Assembly (NCBI GenBank): GCA_036172245.1
Contig: JAYWIR010000055.1
Coordinates: forward strand, 434,001 to 498,000
Length of the DNA stretch: 64,000 bases
Direction of reading: 5' to 3'
Origin: Raillietiella orientalis
Taxonomy: Eukaryota
The position numbers and the translations under genes are program-made. Of this stretch, positions 47,901 through 57,111 are shown piece by piece (within the stretch, counting starts at the first letter, position 1; the number at the start of each line of letters is the position of its first letter). The notes beneath the pieces were generated by a model. It did not search any database, had not been told where the DNA came from, and saw nothing but the letters and a program-made list of their open reading frames with translations.

Positions 47901-48099
47901 GCCCAAGAAGCCGAACAGCAGCAGAATCTCTGAGGGTTCTCGCCTATCCGGCACAGAGCAGGAAGGAGGCGACTCAGGACGGACCCGGGGAAGAGTCCGG
48001 AAGGTTAAAAGAGGATCCCGGAATGGGGGCAAAGAAGGCTCCGGAAGAGTCTTGAAAATCGCCCTCGGACGTGCTGGCAAATTTCAACTTCCCTTCCTC

Positions 48100-48480
48100 T
48101 CAAGCAACCGTCTCTTCAGGGCCCGGCTTGCTGGGTCTGGCGGGAGGCTCCGCGGGCAAGAACTAGATGGAGCTGGCGGCTCCAAAAGCACCGCGGGTTC
48201 GAATCGTCGTCGACTGCAGCGCGCTTCGACTTGGCCGCTGGTTTCTGCTCGTCAGAAGTAGGGGGAGGGGGTCGCGGGGCCGTCCCACTCCGAGCGAGAT
48301 CGTGTGGCTACGATCGCAGGAGGATCGAGGAAAGATGACGAAGCAGCCCTCAACGCTTGCTGTTCCTGTGACCCGGGAAGAATCACCAGGAACGGCAAGA
48401 GGGGACGACATCCCACCTCGAGGCATCCGTAAAGTCGAAGACACCCCAGACGGACGCAAAAGTCTCCTTCGAGACGGAAT
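48100..48480 (+). mobile_element. RTE-like LINE 3' relic (sister of 53480-53900)
   Basis: gggtcgcggggccgtcccactccgagcgagatcgtgtggctacgatcgca (~48268-48318) is nearly identical to ~53702-53751. Confidence 0.45.
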
Positions 48481-50799
48481 GAAGGAGATCGGCATTAACG
48501 TTGCGTCCAACAGAAAAACGAAAGTGACCGGTTGATCCGTGTCTGTGTGTTTTAAAGGTTTTAAAGGCCCCACGATTTCGGGGGATCTGCGGACAGCGGA
48601 GTGATCCGAGGGGCGCGGTCCGGCGTTTGGACCGGACGTTCCTGGAAACGAAAAAAGGGGAACAGTTCTTTCGCACGGGAATGTCTGCCACCAAGCGGAA
48701 GCAGGCGGAAGCAGCGGACCGGTTCCTCTTGGCGGCGGCTCAGTTCACGCCTCCGAGAAGACGGCGGAGGCAGGAGAAGAGGGCCCGCCCGCACTTTCTT
48801 TCGGACGGCGAATTCGAAGCCGAGAACGAAAAGAAGGGGGAAAAGTCGAAGGCGCGGCTCGCCTCCAAGGAAACGGCCTGACGGGAAGCCAAGGAGACTG
48901 CGTGAGCGCGCGCGCGCGGGGGGGCCGAGCCTTCGGAGGAAAATCACTTTCTACTTTCATCGGGGATTCACTTATTGGGCCCAGGTGGGCAATGACATTT
49001 CCTCGTCCGAGGCGCGCTGCGTCCTCTGTGCACCTTTCCAGCCCGCTTTCCTTTTTCGTGTTTACTTTTAGCGTCTTTCAAAGTGGGGTGGTGCGCCCGT
49101 CGCCGCGCCCGGTCCGGGGGGAGGTGAAAGGTGCCGTCGCCGCTTCCGGGAGTGCCATCCCGTCAAAGGCTGACAGGCCGGGAAACTTCACTTATCGCAC
49201 GCACTCCCTCTCGCATCCCGGTGGGATTGAGAAGGGGCAAAAGGATGTTTGCGAATTCGGAAACGTGCGAGCATTACATTTCAGCACGCATCGCACGGAA
49301 GCATTAGGATGTAACGAGGGCAAAGCTCTGTGCCGAGAGGAAGGAACGGCATTTGTCTTCCTTTATGAGGTCCTCAGGCAGGACTCTGCCCTCAACAGGG
49401 AAACGGGAGTGCTGGGATTCGACTTTGTATCACGGAAACAAAACAGAAAGAGAGTTAATTAATTTGCGGTCCCTACAGAGACACACACATGCTTGCCAGA
49501 CTTTCTTCGACAAGTGCTAAAAATACTTGCAGCCGTTTCGAAAAACCAAGGTCATTTCTTCCAGGAAGAGGAGATTCCCTCCGAGGAAGCACAGAGCAGC
49601 ACGAAAAGATGCACACGTCCTCTCGTGCCTGCTCCTCGCCTCCATCCCTTATTTGCCTCAGCGTGCACTGAGCCACCGTAGCCGCCGCCATGCTGATTGC
49701 GATCGCTCGATTGGCGTCCCACGTGTGCACGGAAGGGCAAACACCATCTTTCGAAACGTGTCCGTTCACGTCTGCGTGCAGGCCTTGGGGTTTCGAATCT
49801 TCTTCGTCGCCGCATATTATGAGGGGGGAGGGGAAGCTGGGAACCGGGGGCGACGGCGACGCCGCCCGAGCTCTTGGATTGTCCAATCCAAGACTCACCG
49901 AAGGCTGCTCCCTCCATAACGAAAGGAAAGGCCAGGATTTGCCTGACAGGATCGCCGCCAGTGTCCACGCTTGGCTCCGAGTCAAGCACGCGCCAACAGC
50001 GAGTTTTCATTTTCCCCGGAAGCCGACGGTTAACACGTGTCGACGGTTTCCAAGCGCGACGTCACCGTCATCATCAAAACCGCGAGAGTGAGGCAATCCG
50101 CACGTGGAGGTTCCGGGGGAGGGAGGGACGTAGGATTTCCGGTTGCCTCGTGCCACGTGTGCAAAACGTTGCCTCGCGTCCCGTGCCACCGTCGGGAGCG
50201 AACCACTCCGCCCGCTAACGGGAACCCGTGGGACCACGCTGTGGTTTTCATGGAGAACCGGGTGGAGGAGACCGGAAGGAAGACGCCAGCCGGGGCTGAG
50301 AGCGCCCCTCCGCCTCGGACGGCGAGTGTTTCGAGACGCGGTGTTTAAACAGCAAGCCGTCCCGGCAGGTCGGGACCAGGAGCGAAGGACACCTCCTGCA
50401 GGATATTTTTAGGTCTTCTCGCGCGCGGAAACTTCGCCGCGGCGGCGACGACGAGGCGTTCGGACTCGTCGTCTCCGCCTGGATCCGATACGTTCACTTC
50501 CAGCGGGGCTTGAACCTCCCAGCCTCCCCCGTGGCTCGCGAGTGCACGTGGGGGGAGGACTCACGAAGGAGAGTTCGAAAAGTCTCCAGGGTGACGACGT
50601 GGCGTTCCAAGTTCAAGAAGGAAAGGGAAAGAAAGAACGCTGAGGTTCCCCTTGGAAGAGGGGGAGCTTCCAGAAAAGCGCTTCGGAGCTTTTCGGGGCG
50701 CGCGGACGCGCCCTTGTAAACCACGCAGTCCATTTGTCAAGGGATCAGAGGTCTCGACCGAGGCTCTGCTTACCACTTCCCTTTTCCTTCCCCCCCACC

Positions 50800-51650
50800 C
50801 CCACCCGCCGATTACAAGGGAGCGCCACAGAAAAATCAAAGTGTCATCTTCGGCGGGAAGTTGCAATCGCGCATCCAAATCGGCAAAGAGTTCCATTTGG
50901 AGGATGGACCTCTGGACCGCTCGGGAAAGAGAAGGACTCTGCATTGCATCCGGTCCTTTGACAGCGGCCTCCCCCTTGCTGTGGTCCTTCTTTCTTCACA
51001 CTCTGTACAAGTCATCATCAGTCCACCGGCTCCATGGGACGCGATGGAGGAGGTCCCCCCGAGCGGAGAAGGCGGCTCCATTTGCACGACCGGAGGGGAA
51101 TTCCGAAGAGCTTGACTCCTGGAAGAACCCCGGAGGGTCACCTTCCAATTCCGGCCACTCGACGGGGGCATCCGGTGGTGCCTGGCTGCAGAGAACCGTT
51201 CGCACGTGGGCGGGGACTCAGCCAAGCGCAGAACAGGGACGACGTTTCCTGTACGCGCGCAAGAAAACTGCACGCTCTGGGAGATCCTGGAGGATCCCGT
51301 GAAGAGTGCGTGGGCAGGAGCAACAACCTCCGTTGCCGCAGCGCTGCCCACTCCAAGGGAACACATGGACAGCAGCCTTACGGCTAGATGGGAGGTTAGT
51401 GTGGAAAGTCTCCGGAAGGAGAAAAGGACTGGGCGAGTGGAAAACGGGCCAGCTCACCGACGCTGCGACCCCGAATGCCCCGCCTCGAGGACTTTTGTGC
51501 TGGGGAGTGCTACTGGGTATTCCGGAGGAAGACCTGCAGCGGCTCTCGGTGCTCATGAACACCCACACTCTCTCTTTGATGTGGCAGGAGTCGGCGTTCA
51601 TACTGATGCTCTGGGACCTCTCGAGCAACGCCTGCTGGCATCATTGAACA
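50800..51650 (+). mobile_element. RTE-like LINE relic
   Basis: EDGPLDRSGKRR (DGSLDREVxRR), YKSSSVHRLHG (YxAxVxPxLLYG) and RVENG...PNAPPRG. Confidence 0.35.
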
Positions 51651-52224
51651 CGGGGGGGAGAGGGGGACTCAAGCTGTGCAACGTGCGAGGGGCAGGAATT
51701 CCTGTCCCACATCTCCTAGTTCACTGTGTTGCCCTCCGACTCCTTCGGGGGCGGTTTGTCGCAACCCTTGGAACCCCGGCGGCAACGCCAGAGACGTTTG
51801 AAAGCGACTCTTCCTCGGCCACGCCCTCACACCGGCCGCATTCCCAGCAGCACTTTGCTGCCCACAAGGCGGGACCGTAGCTGCGTGAAGCAACGCCAAA
51901 GGAGGCCACAACGACAGGGACGCCGGCTACTTTGCCGTCCTCTTCATGAGAACAGCGTCAAGATGGCCCTATCTGGGAGTTTTGGAACAGGAACTTGCCG
52001 GCATTCTTACAAGGATGCAGAGGACCTCCCAGCGCACAGTGATCCCTTCCGGAATCCCTTCCCATTTTTTTGACTGTATCTCTTTGTTTTATTCATTTCC
52101 GTTTGTTTGTCTCTCCTTACCCTGTGCTGCCGAGGCGAACCCCGCTGGCTTGTGTGCCAGATCTCGGCAGGTTTCCTCTCGTATTCATAAGTAACATGAG
52201 AGGATCGAAAGTCTTGCCACAGAC

Positions 52225-52450
52225 GTGTGTGTTTATTTTTTACAAATGAACGCTCTGGGTGTCAACCAGTGTCGCACCCGAGTACAGGACAACCAGCGCC
52301 ATCTTGCCAAGGGATTTCAAACTCGCAACGCAACCGTTTCTCGGTGTCGATCCTCCCCCGGGTGGGATTCGAACCCGCCAACGCTCGGTGCCACGCGCGA
52401 AGACAGCCGCACGGCCGACAGCGCGGGAGATACCACTGGCACGGGGAGCG
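52225..52450 (-). mobile_element. tRNA-derived SINE
   Basis: Minus strand shows an A-box-like GTGCCAGTGG, an intact B-box GGGTTCGAATCCCACC, an unrelated body and an A-rich/(CA)n tail (aaaaaataaacacacac). Confidence 0.6.
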
Positions 52451-53479
52451 CGCACTTCCGTCCCACCGCCATGGGTTGGATTGATGGCAGGCGGACAGAA
52501 GATCACAGAAGCTGAAGAGGATGCTCGCCTCTTGCCTACTTGACAGAGCGCGCTCTGACCTACAGCAGCATCCGAAAGAGCTGGAGGAGGACCCACCCGG
52601 TTAGTGTGAAGCGATGGGGTCCCCACAAGTAAGGTCTGGGTTGTGGGGGAGGATTGACGTCGGGTCTGGGTCAGCTAGATTTTCGTACCTCCCTGTCTTC
52701 CGCCGGCGCTCGCGTTGCCAAGATACCCATGCCGCCAGGAACAATCCCGGGGACCCCTCCCCCTGCAGGAGGGGAAACTCCCGTGCTCTCCCTGCCTGCT
52801 GCTTCCACTCGGACATTCACCAGGCGGAGGGTCCGTCCCTCTGCCTGGCGGCGCCTGCAGCCTACCGCGGGGAACGCCTTCGCTTTCTGCACTTCGAAAG
52901 GATTGATGGCGACGATGATTTGGGCCTCAGGACGATTGGGGCGGGATCATTCCCCCGCCCCCGCACTCGCACGCCATCGAGTGAGGCACGTCCACTCTTC
53001 AGCTTCGCGAATTAAGCAGGGCCGCCGCTCTTGCGATGGGATGCGTTCTGGCGGACCCGCGGCATGGCGCGATCGGATGCGCCATCGCCACAGCGAAAAA
53101 CAGCTCAAGAGGGCGGCGAGGGAAACTCCCACTTGCTCCCTAACGACTCTGCACGGAGATGTGCAGATCCCACTCCTCTGCGACCCTCCAGCGGTCACGG
53201 ATCACGCCCGCTCCAAGAAAGCGCGTCTCCAATTGGCTGATGCTCCCGGTCGTCGGTCACTTGCGCTCTCTCGCTAAGCACGGAGGGTGCCCCGCCGACG
53301 AGATGATCCCTGTCCGTGAAGCGTGTGGGAGACGGGGCAGACAGAGGTATCCTCGGCCTGAAGGCGTCCCTATCCTGCCCTCCCTCCTTCGCCCATCGAA
53401 GCGAAACTATGCACGCAAGTCCTAGCAACCAGGATGGGGGCCGCACACGCAGACCGTTCTGTAAGGCGCCACACAAGAT

Positions 53480-53900
53480 GGAAGTTAACGTGAGCAGGGC
53501 GTGGTCACTAACGGGTAGGGGATCCGCCTGCCGCTGCGGACGCACCGGGCACGCGCAGGGCAACGCTGAGGCGGAGACAGCCCCGACGTATCGCTCTCTT
53601 CAGGTGCAGACGAACAGACAGCTTCGCGGTCCGCCCCTCTTCCTGCTGCGAGCCGGCTGGACCGGGGAGTCAAGCTCGGGAACCTGGAAGCGGAAGGGTG
53701 AGGGTCGCGGGGCCGTCCCACTCAGAGCAAGATCGTGTCGCTACGATCGCATGCGAAAGGCTGAGAAGCGACTGGAGGATGGCAATGGAGGCGCAGCGGA
53801 AGAGCGGAACGGACGTCTGCGCAGAGTGAGGGGCCACCCCAAGACTAAGCTCGCGATGCACGATATTCATGGGGACGGCCAGACAGGCCGAACCGGGCTG
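53480..53900 (+). mobile_element. RTE-like LINE 3' relic
   Basis: LRARSCRYDRMRKAEKRL...RRVRGHPKTKL (cf. RxRRLRWYGHVRR...RRxRGRPKTRW). Confidence 0.5.
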
Positions 53901-55955
53901 CAGGACCAGGCCTGCATCGCCTGGATGTTCCGCGGGAGTTGCACACACAGAGAAGCCGAAAACACTCTTCTTCTGCCCGCATTGAGAGTCTCGCGGGACG
54001 CGCGTGGCGTGAAGGATGCGGCGTCGTGGGTTTCCAATCCCCTGGAAAGATGGCGCGGCAACAACTCCAGGCTTCAGGTGTGCATTGGGGAGATGCGCTC
54101 GCCAATGCACCCCCGTTGACTAGAGCGAGGAGTGGTCTCTTCGGGCTCCCCAGCACCCGTCTCACGCAGCTCGCCTTGAGTGAGTGAGACGGGACGACTC
54201 ACAGACCGCGAGCGAACTCGGCCGGCGACCGAGGGACAGTCAGCGCGGAGTCCCCCCGTTGTGACGTGACTTTGTCCCTGGAAAGACCAGCGTTTGCCCC
54301 TGGAAAAAGGGGAGCGTGGCTGCTCCGTCTTGGAGGGCACAACCGCAGGCTCTTTCCTCTTCCGCCGGAACTTCTCTGGACTCGAAAGGGATGCTGACCT
54401 AACCGTGGAAAGGCAGCTGGTCACAACCTCTGCCTCGTTCCCATGCCATCCTCGAGCAAGAGCAGGGGCCGGAAGCAAAGCAAGAGAGGTGGGTCTTCCG
54501 CGAGGAGGCGCCGAGTTCTCGGAGCTCTAACACGGTAGGGCAAGTTCGAAGGACCTGGTCAAGTCGGCGAGCATCGGCGGGAGAGCCGGAAAGAAATTTC
54601 CAGACTTTTCTGGAGTCCGAACGGGGGAAGGGGGGAAGCATGGAAGAGAGCGAAAACTCCGCCCTGAGAGGATGCTGACTTCGAAGGAGAACAGCAGCGT
54701 GCAAGGGATGGCTGTCCATTTTATGGCGAGCGGGCCTTTCGAGGCCGGCGTGTCGAGATCCCATCTTCTCTCCTTCCCCTTGGCACTATCGATGAGTGGT
54801 GGCTTTTCTTTCTTCTTTCCCTTGGGAGCGGCAGCATCCCTGGAGCACTTGCCCTTCTCTCTCTCGTCGACCCCTGCAACAGATCTCCTCCCGCGTCTTC
54901 TAAAAGTCGGCCTCTCTCGCTTCGCCACGACGAATGAGCAGCTGCGCGCGAGGGGGCCACTGGAGTGGCCAGGAGCGGATGGAAAGCTGACCAGGAGTAG
55001 ACCGAGAGGTTTGGCTGGAATGGGGCACACGAAGGCTTCCGCGGGGCTGCCCTGTCCTGGCTCCGCTGCTCTCAAAGGCCGCCCGGAGTAGGCGAGAAGG
55101 TTCTACCGCGGGATGTGAACCCGCGGCCTCGTGCTCGGACAGTGTGGGCTTTGCGTGCCTATCCGAGCGTCGCGCGGACCTGGGGGTTGATCCCGGTTCT
55201 CGGCCCTGCTCGGCTGCGTAGGTTCACACTGGGTCGGTCGGTCGCAGGGATTGCAGGCACTATGACAAGACCAGCCAGGGGGGAAGAAAGGGTCGGCGAC
55301 CGAGGAATGCCCTCGCTGCTATGAGGGGGAAACTTCCTGGAGGTCCCTGCAAGCAGCGCTCTTTCCAGTGTGTGGAAGGTGTCCCTCCACGCGCCTCCTC
55401 CGCTACTCCACCTAGCGCGCGAAGACTCGAGAAGGAGTAGTGGGGCGAAGAGGAATCTCGACTTGCCCCTTGGCGTGAGCTTTTTTGACGATCGCTGGCG
55501 ACACCCCCCGAGCCCGCGGTGCCTCCGGGCTTGCTCCTATGCATCGCGAAGTGCCTCTCCTCTTGTCTGCTCCCGTCCGTAGGGAAGGCTCTCCGGACAG
55601 CATGGGGCTTGCCTCACCTGTGACGGCGCCGCGAGCCCTACCTTCCGCCGCATCCCGGCGAGGTGGCGAGCCACCTCGGATAGATAGAGGATCCCCCTGC
55701 CGCGGAGGGAGCAGACGAAGGACACTCCCTATCTTCGCAGGTGCGCCAACTTGCCTGGTGGCGGGCGGCTGCTGCTCGGAATGTCCATTCATAGGCGAGG
55801 AGAGCTCCAACCTCCCCCGGGACTCCTCGGCTCCTGTGGCCTGCCGGCTCCAGAGCTCCTCCTGTGACGAGCAAGAGGGAGGGGCCTCGGGCTCCAACCC
55901 CAGGTCTGACGGAAGTGCACCCACGCACCCCTGGGACGACCCAGACCGCTCGAGG

Positions 55956-56141
55956 ACTGGCAACCACCCCCCATTATATACCTTATCGCATTAATAATCG
56001 TTCTAATGTTATGCTTCCTTGGTCGTCCCATTACCCCTTGCGCAACACGTGGCTCCAAAAGTGCCCATTCCTTATCACTTTACCTCCTATTTTTTTACCT
56101 CATTGTACTCTCTTTTCCTCATTTCTTTTCAAGAGAGGTTC
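55956..56141 (-). mobile_element. IS5-family insertion sequence, left end and truncated transposase N-terminus
   Basis: SDKEWALLEPRVAQGVMGRPRKHNIRTIINAIRYIMGGGCQ matches the IS5 N-terminal pattern (SDxEWxxxEP...GRPR...INAIxYxxRxGCQW). Truncated at the expected W, with in-frame stops upstream. Putative IR start GAACCTCTCTTGAAAAG follows TAA. Confidence 0.8.
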
Positions 56142-56347
56142 TTAAACGACTTATAAGCGCGTTTGAGCTTCTATAGGTAAAAAGCCTTTTATTTAAATTC
56201 TATACAGACATACGGTGCACACAGTACGAAAAATGGAACATCAGACTTCAAATGCGCTGATTTTTTTTGTCGTTTGATCTGCACAGACCGAAGACAAATC
56301 ATAGCTTCGATACTATGATGATGGGGTTGAAAGAATTTGTCAAGTGG
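56142..56347. repeat. Wolbachia-type intergenic repeat element
   Basis: ttataagcgcgtttgagctt...agacatacggtgcac...tctgcacaga...tttgtcaagt resembles a dispersed non-coding repeat I recall from Wolbachia genomes. Recollection only; needs BLASTN. Confidence 0.55.
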
Positions 56348-56596
56348 TATTTGTGATATTTGATAACTCCTCCTTTGATGGTATTTTTCTCATACTTTAT
56401 CATACCATTACATTCCGGGGCCGTGCGAATTTCTGTATGATTTGTTAATGCAGTTGACAATCAAGAAATATTGTACACAATTTCTATATCCATATTTAGG
56501 AACTGAGCATAATCTCGCCAAATAAATGTGTCTTGTAGGCGAGTTAGTATACGGTTCATGTATTGTGTTATTGGTATAATATATCTTGGGTATCCT

Positions 56597-56674
56597 ATGG
56601 AAGGTGTTAGTGCGTCAGGTGGTGTTAGTTATCGAGTTGTTATAAGCGAAGAAACTGTGGAAAGAATGGGATGA
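56597..56674 (+). pseudogene. Truncated 5' end of a bacterial hypothetical gene ([25 protein letters not shown])
   Basis: ATG preceded by a TATAAT box (56575-56580). The frame stops just before the junction with the dnaJ fragment. VSYRVVISE resembles a remembered Wolbachia hypothetical protein N-terminus. Confidence 0.4.
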
Positions 56675-56681
56675 TTTGAAT

Positions 56682-57111
56682 TTTGCATTTGTAACGTAAT
56701 GTAAAGGCGCTCGCATTCCTTCAAATGCGTCTTCGAAGTCAATTTCGAGATCATAACGCAAGTCCGCCCCGGGCACTCCCCTCGGTGTGCTTTCCATCTA
56801 CTCGATCCCCCGAATCCTCCGCCAAAAAAGTCATTCAATACGTCAGTAAAATCTCCCGCAGCCTGGCTAAAATCAAATCCACCAAAACCACCACCTCCAC
56901 GTCCGTAACCATCACAACCTGCCTTTTTCTCGGCATCAGACGGAACTTCGTACGCAGCCGTTGCTTCTTTGAATTTTTCCTCTGCTTCTCTATCACCGGG
57001 ATTTCTATCTGCATGATACTTTAACGCTAATTTCTTATATGCTTTTTTTATCTCATCACCACGAGCGTTTCTGCCTCCTTCCAGCAGTTCGTAGCACTCT
57101 TTTGTGCTCAT
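56682..57111 (-). pseudogene. dnaJ: Bacterial dnaJ pseudogene fragment (J-domain, G/F-rich linker, start of C-terminal domain), Wolbachia-like
   Basis: [56 protein letters not shown]...DFFGGGFGG, frameshift at ~56800, then [33 protein letters not shown]. The essential HPD is mutated to HAD; truncated before the zinc finger; no introns. Confidence 0.9.

Noticed and set aside
52350..52450. Possible tRNA gene (GGTTCGAATCC T-loop)
   Set aside because: No convincing acceptor or anticodon stems, and it is followed by a body and simple tail. Better explained as a SINE.
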